Source: a virus
Lineage: Duplodnaviria; Caudoviricetes
Length of the DNA: 64,000 nucleotides
IMG/VR virus record: IMGVR_UViG_3300047159_000056
Span: 32,001 to 96,000 of that record
Strand: one strand, 5' to 3'
A program made the translations under genes and the position numbers. Each line of letters begins with the position of its first letter. Positions within the stretch are counted from its first letter, which is position 1. Below are positions 10,503 through 19,225 of the stretch, piece after piece. The notes under the pieces are model-generated. The model made no database searches. It had not been told where the DNA came from and was given only the letters and a program-made list of their open reading frames with translations.

Positions 10503-10688
10503 ATGGAAGAAAATAAAATTTATGCCTTATTCGAAAATAAGGTGAGCGAGTTTGAATTTGATCTTAGTAAAGAGGAACAAGATCGAATTCTAAAAGAGTT
10601 AGGGATAGATGAAATCTCCCTAATATTCAATAGATACTTCACACAGGAAGGAGTAGAAAAAGTACTAAAAGTGTGGAGAAATAAATAA
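10503..10688 (+). CDS. small early hypothetical protein
   Basis: Coupled to upstream peptide; terminator follows. Confidence 0.7.
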   Translation: MEENKIYALFENKVSEFEFDLSKEEQDRILKELGIDEISLIFNRYFTQEGVEKVLKVWRNK

Positions 10689-10808
10689 AAGATTCTAGGA
10701 CAAGAGATAAAAACTTGCCCTATCTTTTTTCCGGCTAAAAAAGTAATAGGAGCCTTATATATGAAAGGAAGACAATAGTGCCTATCCTTAATTAAAAAAT
10801 AAAAGAAA

Positions 10809-11096
10809 ATGAAAAAGAAAGAAATGACCGACGCCGAAAGAAAGGCGCTGGAGATCAGATGCATCTTGAATAATAATTCAAGAAGAATAGAACTCTTCAA
10901 TTCCTTCATCGAAGGACATATTGAAGATAATGAGATCTATGACAAGCTAACAGAGGCAGAATGCGCCATGTTAGATGCGACAAACGAGATAGTAGGTAAG
11001 GCAAAGACTGACGAAGAATTTGCTGATGAAACATTAAAAAAGTTGGAGGAGAGATCTTTGTGGATCAATCCTATGACAAAAAGAGAAGGGAAGTAA
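10809..11096 (+). CDS. small early hypothetical protein
   Basis: Promoter-leader-ORF-terminator cassette. Confidence 0.75.
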   Translation: MKKKEMTDAERKALEIRCILNNNSRRIELFNSFIEGHIEDNEIYDKLTEAECAMLDATNEIVGKAKTDEEFADETLKKLEERSLWINPMTKREGK

Positions 11097-11195
11097 AAAT
11101 CCCCTTCTTTTTTATTTCCGTCTAGAAAGGTAATGAGTCCCTTATTAATAGAGAGGAGAGCAATAGTGCTATCCTTAATTAAAAATTGAAAAAAA

Positions 11196-11516
11196 ATGAA
11201 AAAAATCGTTAATTTTCAAGTTGACCTTCAACGGTCAAAAGTTGATTCTAGCAGTTTTACTATGTCTGCAAAGAAACAAAAAGCTCCCAATGAGGAGTTT
11301 GTAAAAATTGCAGAGATCAAGGAAAATCCTGATTGTTTGCACGATAGATCATCTTGGCCTTTTACGGCTGAGATTGATGGATTAGGATGCCGATTAATGT
11401 CCGTAAAACCGGCAAAGGACGAAAAGTCTCGGACGTACATTTCTTGGGTTAGAACATATTTGCCCAAGATACTGTGTAAGGTATTTGGGGAATCTATTCA
11501 CATATATAGTGAATAG
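11196..11516 (+). CDS. small early hypothetical protein
   Basis: Promoter-leader-ORF-terminator cassette. Confidence 0.75.
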   Translation: MKKIVNFQVDLQRSKVDSSSFTMSAKKQKAPNEEFVKIAEIKENPDCLHDRSSWPFTAEIDGLGCRLMSVKPAKDEKSRTYISWVRTYLPKILCKVFGESIHIYSE

Positions 11517-11637
11517 TCCAAAGTAAAGGAAGGTGGGAAGAAAAATCCCGCCATTCTTTTTTTCCGTCTAGCTTATTGTTAAAAACCTTATTAGTAGAGA
11601 GGAAGATAATAGTGTCTATCCTTAATTAAAAATTGAA

Positions 11638-11862
11638 ATGAAAATGGAAGAGATTTCAGAAATCCAGGAAAAACTACCTGGAATCATTGAAAAACTCCCG
11701 GAAGGGAAGTTAAAGGGACAGTTTATAAAGCTCAAAAGGAAAGTTGAGAAGGCCGAAAAGGTTGACAAAAGCGAAGGAGCAACATTCGCAAACTTATTGA
11801 GACTTTTATACATATGTTTTATGTATGAATATCTTAGAATAAGACTAGAAGAGGGAGTTTAA
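11638..11862 (+). CDS. small early hypothetical protein
   Basis: Promoter-leader-ORF-terminator cassette. Confidence 0.7.
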   Translation: MKMEEISEIQEKLPGIIEKLPEGKLKGQFIKLKRKVEKAEKVDKSEGATFANLLRLLYICFMYEYLRIRLEEGV

Positions 11863-11928
11863 TCTCCTTCTTTTTTTCAACCTCCTGATTCCTTATATAT
11901 GTTAAAATATATATATACAAAAAGAATT

Positions 11929-12048
11929 ATGGATAACAAAGTAGTAATTAAGACGACAATGCAAAGTGAATTAAGTCGCCAAAATGAAATTCTAGAGTCT
12001 ACTGTGAAGGAGGCTGTAGAAATGGTAAAAGCAAAATTTAAATTTTAA
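11929..12048 (+). CDS. small protein (39 aa, MDNKVVIKTT...)
   Basis: Own ccttatatatg promoter (~11891) and terminator (~12060-12097). Confidence 0.6.
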   Translation: MDNKVVIKTTMQSELSRQNEILESTVKEAVEMVKAKFKF

Positions 12049-12180
12049 TTGTGAAGTGTAAGGAGGTAAGAAATGAAGTCTTGCCTCTTTATTTTTCTTC
12101 CTTCTAGAAATAATATAATATAACCCTTATATATGTAGGGATAGGTAATAGTGCTTTATCCTAATTTAAAAAATAGAAAA

Positions 12181-12400
12181 ATGAAAAAATAAAAACTATT
12201 AGCCTTAAGAAATATAAATATAAGGCTAGAAAAAGAGCTGAAACTCTTAGGAAAAGAAAAAGAATGATGAGATGTGTAAAATCATTGATGGGACTGGGGG
12301 TTAAGGTAGCTATCATGATGATGGGATGCGCCGTTATAGAAAAAATGACGAACGACTTAATAGAGGTGGCAGAAAAATCAAAAACCACTGCTGTTAAATA
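12181..12400 (+). CDS. small basic protein, frameshifted in an A-run (probable sequencing error)
   Basis: Adding one A after ATG gives a 73-aa ORF (MKKIKTISLKK...TTAVK) that fills the cassette. Confidence 0.6.
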
Positions 12401-12507
12401 AATAAATGATAGGGTAGAATTAAGGACAAAAAATTCTACCCCTTTATTTTCGTCTAGAATCCTTATATCTGGATAAGCAATGAAGCTAATCCTTAAAATT
12501 TAAAAAA

Positions 12508-12839
12508 ATGAAAAAGAAACAGAAGAAGGATTCAGGATTGCAGGTATAATTATGCTAGCAGGAATCCAATTAAAAATTGCCTATGATGTAATTATCGGAT
12601 ATGGCAAAAAAGAGCTCAAAAGAAAAAGGGAGCTAATTGAAGAGATTTGTCGGCTGCAGGAAGCAACCGAGAAAAAATCAAAATTGATAGATGAGATCAT
12701 TTATGAAGATCCTATCCTATCAAGGATGAACTTAAATAACCTTGTAGAAAATGAGGTTATAGATCTGGAAAGACTGGCCAGGTTATTTAGGTCAGTTAAT
12801 AAAAACGACGCTAAAAAAGAAGAGGAGGAAAAGAAATGA
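12508..12839 (+). CDS. hypothetical protein; probable true start 12508 with an A-run frameshift
   Basis: Adding one A gives MKKETEEGFRIAGII joined to the 12552 ORF. Confidence 0.65.
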
Positions 12840-13222
12840 AAAAAATTTTTATCAACTTAGCGGAAACAACTATTGATCTCATTAGTGGTGCAACCATTTA
12901 TGAGTCGATAAGACAGCTGAAAAGAGATTTTGATGTCACAAAAGACAGAAGAGATCTCCTAGTAGAAAGAACTGTGGAGATGTACAAGGACAAAGAAGTC
13001 CTAGACACTTCTTTAGATATATTTGATGCTTCTAGAGGACACGAAGAAGCTTACAAGGTAGTGTTTGGTGATGATGGAAACATTGAATCAGTCAAAAAAT
13101 TGTGTAAAGATCTAACTCTGGATAATATAAAACATCCAGAGAATATAGGAAGATATAAATATGAAAAGGCTAACCAAGTCTATATGATTGCCGCAATGGC
13201 AAAGGCCCGGTTAAGTAAGTAG
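12836..13222 (+). CDS. hypothetical protein
   Basis: ATGA-coupled to upstream ORF; terminator follows. Confidence 0.75.
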   Translation: MKKIFINLAETTIDLISGATIYESIRQLKRDFDVTKDRRDLLVERTVEMYKDKEVLDTSLDIFDASRGHEEAYKVVFGDDGNIESVKKLCKDLTLDNIKHPENIGRYKYEKANQVYMIAAMAKARLSK

Positions 13223-13343
13223 TATTTGTAAAGAAAGGTAGAGAATATTAAAAAGTCTCTACCTCTTTTTCCGTTTCAAAAATATATAGGACCCTTATAT
13301 ATGAGAGACAATAATGCTTCTCAGAATTTAAAATAAAAGAAAA

Positions 13344-13778
13344 ATGGAAAAGAAAAAAATTTATGGGGACATGTTTATTATCCCCAACGAAGCAATTAAG
13401 TATTCAGAATTTTTACCCTTCGCTAAAGAAAGTGCGAGGGAGAAGTTGAATTATCTGGGAATAAACCCGGATGAAAATGAAAAGATGATTCAAGTATGGT
13501 TTACAGGATCCGGTGAGGATAACTGGAATGACCATGCCGGTGCTCTATGTCGGTTGGCTGGAATTGAAGAACCAAACATGGACGACAAAGACAGATACCT
13601 TAAGGAATATATCACGAGGTATCTTCCCGAAAGCATGCTAAAAAATGTGCATGAAGGAGAAACAATAACTATAGACTGTAATAATTTTAACTGCACGCTG
13701 GTATTAACTGCAAAGCAGCTTGATTACAGGTATAGGGGTTTTGGTAGATTTGAGGACGCATTGAAACACGTTCTCTAA
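13344..13778 (+). CDS. hypothetical protein
   Basis: Promoter-leader-ORF-terminator cassette. Confidence 0.8.
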   Translation: MEKKKIYGDMFIIPNEAIKYSEFLPFAKESAREKLNYLGINPDENEKMIQVWFTGSGEDNWNDHAGALCRLAGIEEPNMDDKDRYLKEYITRYLPESMLKNVHEGETITIDCNNFNCTLVLTAKQLDYRYRGFGRFEDALKHVL

Positions 13779-13829
13779 ATACAAAGGAGAAAGAAAGAAC
13801 TAGACAAAATCTGGTTCTCTTTCTTTTTT

Positions 13830-14590
13830 TTTCGATACCTATTAAATTTCGCCTAGGCTTACCATACGTATATTTTTTCCTTCACTTCGACCACAAAGGG
13901 TCTCGTTCAGGGTATGAATTGACTATAGATATAATATATAGGAAAAATTAATTTAAACTAATTGGAAAAATAAAGGAAATAAAGAAAGAAATAAAGGAAA
14001 AATTTAAAGGAAATTATATTTTAATTAGATTTTTAATTAATAAAAAAAATACCTAAAAAGTTGATGGAGTAATAAATTACATAGAGCCATACCGAAATAT
14101 TTTGGTAGAATTAGGCTTTTTTACTCTTCATAAAGGTAGTATATATCTTAATAATAGAATATTCATGGGGGTCAAAATATATGTTCTCTTTGTACACTGA
14201 GAATAATAAACTCTTTTTCTTTTTTCAGTCTTATAACTTATTTTTCGCGCATAGGTTGTCAGTCTGTGTAATTATCTTCACTTCGACCCTTAAGGGGTCT
14301 CGTTCAGGGAAAATTGACTATAACCCTAGAATATTTAATAAACAATTCTTTTTATTATTTAGGCTAATAATATATATTTTTATATTGATATTAAAAATAA
14401 AAGATTTAGCCTAGTTTAAAAAGAAAATAACTTATTAATTAGTATAACTTTTTTAATTTATTATTATAGTATCGATTTAAAATTTTTTAATTGGATAAGT
14501 TATTGCTCTTCTTATAGTATTAAATACCTTATAAATGAACCTGTAAACCTAGGCGATGAAAATAATGTTATTAATAAATTAAATATATAA
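13830..14590. other. putative replication origin (AT-rich non-coding region with two ~47-bp structured direct repeats)
   Basis: cttcacttcgacc-n-gggtctcgttcaggg-n-aattgactata at 13880-13927 and 14276-14322; very AT-rich tracts; adjacent helicase; codon skew flips across the region. Confidence 0.55.
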
Positions 14591-14593
14591 ATT

Positions 14594-16642
14594 ATGATTA
14601 AAAAAATTATTAATGTTCCTCCCGATATTAGATATATCAGTGATTGGACAGACTTTTCTCAGAATATTGATGAAAAGGATAAAAAATGTATTATTGATAA
14701 GAAGATTCCTGGATGTGGATTTACTGAATGGGTATTAACTAATAATCAAGATGTTATCTTATGTAGTCCAAGAAGAATTCTTTTACAGAATAAAACTGAT
14801 CAACATTTGGGAGAGGTATTTCTTGTGATAAATCTATTTGAAGAAGTAGTAGATTATGGGAAAGATTTAAATAGACCAGCTAAAGGGTCTAGTAAAATTA
14901 AGGTTCCATCTGAAAATGATAATAAAAAGAAAAGTGAATATTTTAAATTATTATCTAAACAAATTTTAAATTACATAGATTTAAGACATGCTGGTGGATT
15001 TCCTGCTAAGATCTTGGTTACATATGATAGTTTTCACCTAGTTAAAGATATACTAACCTTTCAGAATTTTGAATTATTACCAAAATTTCAGGTGGTTGTT
15101 GATGAGTTCCAAAGTCTGCTAGTTGATTCTAAATTCAAAGCTACTACTGAATTAAAATTTATTAGTGATCTTCAACATATAAATAGGGTGTATTATATTA
15201 GTGCTACTCCTATGATGGAAAACTACCTAGACCAAATAGATGAATTTAAAGACCTACCTTATTATGAATTAGATTGGAATGCTCTTCAACCAGGTAGAGT
15301 TGTTAAGCCAAATCTAAAGGTAAGATATGCTAGCTCTATAATAACATCGGCTAAAAAGATAATAAGCGATTATAAAACTGGGAATTTTGAAAAAACCTAT
15401 TTATATAACGAAACTGGTAGTCCTGTTGCTATAGAAAGTAAGGAGGCTGTAATCTATGTAAACTCTGTTAATAATATTTGTAATATAATAAAAAAGTGCG
15501 AACTATTACCAGAGGAGTGTAATATTCTTTGTGCTAAGACTCCTTATAATGATAAAAAAATTTCTAATAAATTGGGAAAAGTATTTAAAATAGGAAAGGT
15601 ACCATTAAAGGGAGAGCCACATAAGATGTTTACATTTTGTACTAGAACTGTCTACTTAGGGGCCGACTTTTATAGTACAAATGCTAGAAGTTTTATCTTA
15701 AGTGATGCTAGTATAGAAACATTAGCAGTAGATATTTCTCTAGACTTACCTCAGATTCTTGGTAGGCAGAGGTTATCAGAAAATCCTTGGAAAAATTCAG
15801 CTACTTTCTATTATAAACCCTTAGCCGCTAATAAGAAAATAACTCAGGATGAATTTAATAATATAATTCAAAAAAAGTATAAAGATACCTTAAATTTAAT
15901 TTCTGGTTATGATTCTGCAAAGTCAGATGAAGTAAGATCAACCCTAATGGATAAGTACAAATTAATTATAGAAACATTTAATTACAAGGATGATTATCTA
16001 GGTTTAAAAGTATTAATTGATAAAATAACTGCTGAAAAACTTTATAGTCCTGTAGTCAATAATCTAGTTATGCTGGCTGAACAGAGAGCTTTTGATATGC
16101 AGCAGATTGATTATGCTGATAGATTTACAGTATTCAATGCTATAAATAGAAATAATATAAATACTGACGATGAAATGAAACAAATTAGTGAGTTTTTTAC
16201 AACTTATAATAGTTTGCCTAGTTTCTTTGAAAAATTAAAATTTTTATGTGAATCTAATTTATCTGGAGTAGTATTGGAACAGGTATTATTACAAATAAAA
16301 GAGCCACATTTTAAAGAATATTATGAAGTTCTTGGACCAAAAAGAATGAGAGAACTAGGATACAATATAACTTTATTTAAGAAGGAATTGAATATAGTTA
16401 CCTTTGATAAAAATAAACTCTATATAGAAATCTATCTTAATTTTAAGGTTGGAGAAAAATATACGAAACCTGAGATAAGAGAGAAATTATCTGAGATTTA
16501 TAATAAGGTAGGATATAATGCTTATCCGAAAGCAACAGACTTAGAAAATTATTTTAATATTAAAAGTATATCTATATATATTAAAGAAAATAATGATCTA
16601 AAAAAATACAATGGGTTTGAAATTTTAAGTGTAAAAAAATAA
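14594..16642 (+). CDS. SF2 (DExD-like) helicase-domain protein, putative replication initiator/origin-binding protein
   Basis: KKIPGCGFT (variant Walker A), VVVDEFQ (II), SAT (III), CTRTVYLGADF (V), QILGRQR (VI); C-terminal extension. Confidence 0.75.
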   Translation: MIKKIINVPPDIRYISDWTDFSQNIDEKDKKCIIDKKIPGCGFTEWVLTNNQDVILCSPRRILLQNKTDQHLGEVFLVINLFEEVVDYGKDLNRPAKGSSKIKVPSENDNKKKSEYFKLLSKQILNYIDLRHAGGFPAKILVTYDSFHLVKDILTFQNFELLPKFQVVVDEFQSLLVDSKFKATTELKFISDLQHINRVYYISATPMMENYLDQIDEFKDLPYYELDWNALQPGRVVKPNLKVRYASSIITSAKKIISDYKTGNFEKTYLYNETGSPVAIESKEAVIYVNSVNNICNIIKKCELLPEECNILCAKTPYNDKKISNKLGKVFKIGKVPLKGEPHKMFTFCTRTVYLGADFYSTNARSFILSDASIETLAVDISLDLPQILGRQRLSENPWKNSATFYYKPLAANKKITQDEFNNIIQKKYKDTLNLISGYDSAKSDEVRSTLMDKYKLIIETFNYKDDYLGLKVLIDKITAEKLYSPVVNNLVMLAEQRAFDMQQIDYADRFTVFNAINRNNINTDDEMKQISEFFTTYNSLPSFFEKLKFLCESNLSGVVLEQVLLQIKEPHFKEYYEVLGPKRMRELGYNITLFKKELNIVTFDKNKLYIEIYLNFKVGEKYTKPEIREKLSEIYNKVGYNAYPKATDLENYFNIKSISIYIKENNDLKKYNGFEILSVKK

Positions 16643-16680
16643 TAAAAAATGATGTTTGTAGTTTAATTTAGGGAACTCAG

Positions 16681-17520
16681 ATTCCTTATATATGGAAAAT
16701 TAGAAGTTCCTAAATATTATTTGTTGGTAGAGGAGAAGTCGTGAGATTAGTTCCTCTACTTTTTTAATCATCTTAAATCCTTACTAGTGGAATAGGATTT
16801 ACCATTTCAATCAATTTTAATGAGTAAATAAGGGATAGTTGTGAAACTAGTTCCCCTATTTTTTCGCCCTCTCAAAAACACCTATAATCCTTATATGTGA
16901 AATAAAGAACCATCTTTAATTTTTTGCCCGAAAGGGGCGATTATTTATATTATAGGGGATAGTTGTGAAACTAGTTCCCCTATTTTTTTTTCACCCTCTC
17001 AAAAGCACCTATAATCCTTATATGTGAGTAATATGAATATCGTATCACAATTTTATACAGAGTACAGGGGAAAGCGGATCGTGATGATTAGCTTTCCTAT
17101 TTTTTTTCAACCCTCCTAATTCCTTATAAGTGAAATTAAGAAGAGATTCAATTCATGTTTTTTAATTTGTCCCGAAAAGGGAGTTATTATTTTTTAGGGA
17201 GAACAGATCGAGATGATTAGTTCTCCTATTTTTTTTAACCTTCCTAAAACACCTTAAATCCTTATATGTGAAAGTAAAAGAGATTTCATATTGTTTGCCC
17301 ATTAACGGGTGAATTTTAATTAATAATATTAATAATCTCAGTAGGAGATAGTCGTGATGATTAGTTCTCCTATTTTTTTTTTCGTCCCCCTTAGAAATAC
17401 TTTAAATCCTTATATGTGACAGAGATGTCATTCTCCATAATAAATAACTTCCAAGAGAGGAAGTGGAAAATTAAATGTTTTTTAGGGGATAGTTGTGAAA
17501 CTAGTTCCCCTATTTTTTTT
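16681..17520 (+). ncRNA. array of 7 putative small RNA genes (promoter + variable 5' segment + conserved 3' hairpin/U-tract)
   Basis: Units begin ~16681, 16776, 16886, 17013, 17119, 17257 and 17405 with ccttAnnnnTG, contain no ORF, and end in a GG.GA..RTYG(T/A)GA(T)RAYTAG.T..CCT hairpin + T-run. Confidence 0.7.
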
Positions 17521-17563
17521 CGTCCTTAGATCCTTACTAGTGTGAGAATAAAAATAAAAGTTT

Positions 17564-17743
17564 ATGAAGAGAGTAGAAATAGTGCTTGAGTCATTTTTAG
17601 CAATTGACATAGTTTTAATAGTTCTTAGATTATTTAGTGTAATTAGTTATCCTCCAGTCTGGGTACTCCTATTACCTATCTTAGTACCACTAGTAATTAT
17701 GGGTTTAATGATGTTTTATATATTTATTAGATTAGTAAAATGA
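17564..17743 (+). CDS. small two-TM membrane protein (59 aa)
   Basis: LIVLRLFSVISYPPVWVLLLPIL, similar to 31220..31426; follows a ccttactagtg promoter. Confidence 0.65.
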   Translation: MKRVEIVLESFLAIDIVLIVLRLFSVISYPPVWVLLLPILVPLVIMGLMMFYIFIRLVK

Positions 17744-18924
17744 GTAAGGTAGAAGAATTTTTATTAGGTAAGGATAGTTTAGATTTAGCTCAGCAGAAAG
17801 AGTTAAAAGGTTTCCTGCAGAATGAGTCTAATTATCCTAGGAAATTAGTCTTAGATTTTATTATAAAGTCTGCTATGGCTAGTGTATCTGTAGTACCTGG
17901 GGAAGGTTCTAGTGAATTAATTGTCTTAGATAAGGAGATAACTGAGCTAAATGGTCTTGGTGACTTAGCTAATATGGTTATTTCTGGTTTTCCTGATAAG
18001 GTTGAACTAGATAATTTTCTTATTAAGTTTAGGAATATTACTAGTCATCTGGATAAGATTAGGAGAGGATTTAGTGGAAGGGATGCTACTAAGAGGGTTT
18101 GCACTGTTGATATTGGTGGTAAACGGATTATAACAGAGCAGGTTCTTCTTATGAATTCTAGCATGTTTGGCACTAAGAATCTTCTCTTAATTATAGATAT
18201 GCAACTAGATTTTATTAGTGGTAGTCTAGCTGTTCCTGGTGGTAGAGATGCTGAGTCTAATCTAACAAAGTGGATAGACATTAATAGGAATAGGATTGAC
18301 AGTATCTTATTATCTAGGGATGATCATTACCCTTCTCATATAGGGATGACTTGTTCTTGGTTAGGGAAAGATGGAAATATAGTAGAGCCATTTATTACAA
18401 TTAGTTCTAGTCAGGTAAAGGATGGTACTTATACACCAAGATTTATGAGTAAGGAGGGTGCTATATCTTACTTAGAGGAAATAGAGAAGAGGGGATATAC
18501 ACATACTACTTGGCCTTTACATTGCATCAGGGGATCTAGGGGTCAGCAATTTAGTGAGGACTTATTACGATCTCTTAGGTGGTGGTCAATGTCTCATAAA
18601 GGGGAGCATTACTTAATTCTTGACAAGGGAGAGAAGGATGATTCTGAGATGTACAGTATTTTCTCTTACTTAAATGGTTATGATCCTTCTTATACAAAAA
18701 ATTGTTTAGATAATATAAGTTCTGGCAATTTTGATAAGATATTTATTGCCGGCTTAGCTAAGGATTATTGTGTAGCTAATAGTGTAAAGGATCTCTTAAG
18801 TGATTCTAGATTTGACGGAAAGCTTGTATTCTTAGATTCCTGTATGGCGTCTATTAATACAGAGTCCCCTAGTCTTAGCATTTATCTTGATGCTATAAAG
18901 AATCATTCAGATCAGATGGCATAG
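17740..18924 (+). CDS. pncA: nicotinamidase (isochorismatase family) with ~140-aa N-terminal extension
   Basis: LLIIDMQLDF..GSLAVPG, D.H..H, WPLHC, KG..EMYS, AGLAKDYCV. Confidence 0.85.
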   Translation: MSKVEEFLLGKDSLDLAQQKELKGFLQNESNYPRKLVLDFIIKSAMASVSVVPGEGSSELIVLDKEITELNGLGDLANMVISGFPDKVELDNFLIKFRNITSHLDKIRRGFSGRDATKRVCTVDIGGKRIITEQVLLMNSSMFGTKNLLLIIDMQLDFISGSLAVPGGRDAESNLTKWIDINRNRIDSILLSRDDHYPSHIGMTCSWLGKDGNIVEPFITISSSQVKDGTYTPRFMSKEGAISYLEEIEKRGYTHTTWPLHCIRGSRGQQFSEDLLRSLRWWSMSHKGEHYLILDKGEKDDSEMYSIFSYLNGYDPSYTKNCLDNISSGNFDKIFIAGLAKDYCVANSVKDLLSDSRFDGKLVFLDSCMASINTESPSLSIYLDAIKNHSDQMA

Positions 18925-18981
18925 AATCCTTACTAGTGGAAGCTAATAGTGGTTTCCATAATATCCAAAAAATTAGTAAAG

Positions 18982-19134
18982 ATGCATATTTTTGGAAAAG
19001 CTTTGAACAAGGCATTAAATGTGTCTTGGTGTGCTGTAGTTATATTTGCAGGAGCTACAGTTGTTGAATGGGGTATAAATGGGTTGATCGAAAACATTTG
19101 CTCCAAAGAAAAAAGAAGTAGAAGAAGTTCCTGA
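18982..19134 (+). CDS. small membrane protein (may extend to 19168 after an A-run frameshift)
   Basis: Preceded by promoter and leader hairpin (18928-18958); one TM segment. Confidence 0.55.
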   Translation: MHIFGKALNKALNVSWCAVVIFAGATVVEWGINGLIENICSKEKRSRRSS

Positions 19135-19225
19135 AGAGAAGAAGGACGAGGAGTTCGAGGAGCTTTAGAAAAACTTTGAGAGAAAGGTAATTAGTTTTGC
19201 CTTTCTTTTTTTGCTCCCCTTGATC

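Larger units (their letters stand above)
10137..13830 (+). promoter_or_regulatory. series of CCTTAnnnnTG promoters, each followed by a conserved leader hairpin (loop YAATAGTG)
   Basis: Hairpins at 10151, 10362, 10765, 11153, 11599, 12137, 12471 and 13302, plus 18937; promoter resembles the Bacteroidota -7 element TAnnTTTG. Confidence 0.75.

Noticed and set aside
13880-14322. Hammerhead ribozymes on the minus strand
   Set aside because: CUGAACGA...GAAG deviates from the CUGANGA...GAAA core and I see no stems I/III or cleavage triplet; a GA-mismatch hairpin fits better.
14181-14414. 77-aa ORF inside the ori-like region
   Set aside because: Low-complexity F/I/L-rich product overlapping a structured repeat, with no promoter motif; likely spurious.
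16681-17520. CRISPR array
   Set aside because: Repeats are degenerate, each unit has its own promoter and T-run terminator, unit lengths vary widely, and there are no cas genes.
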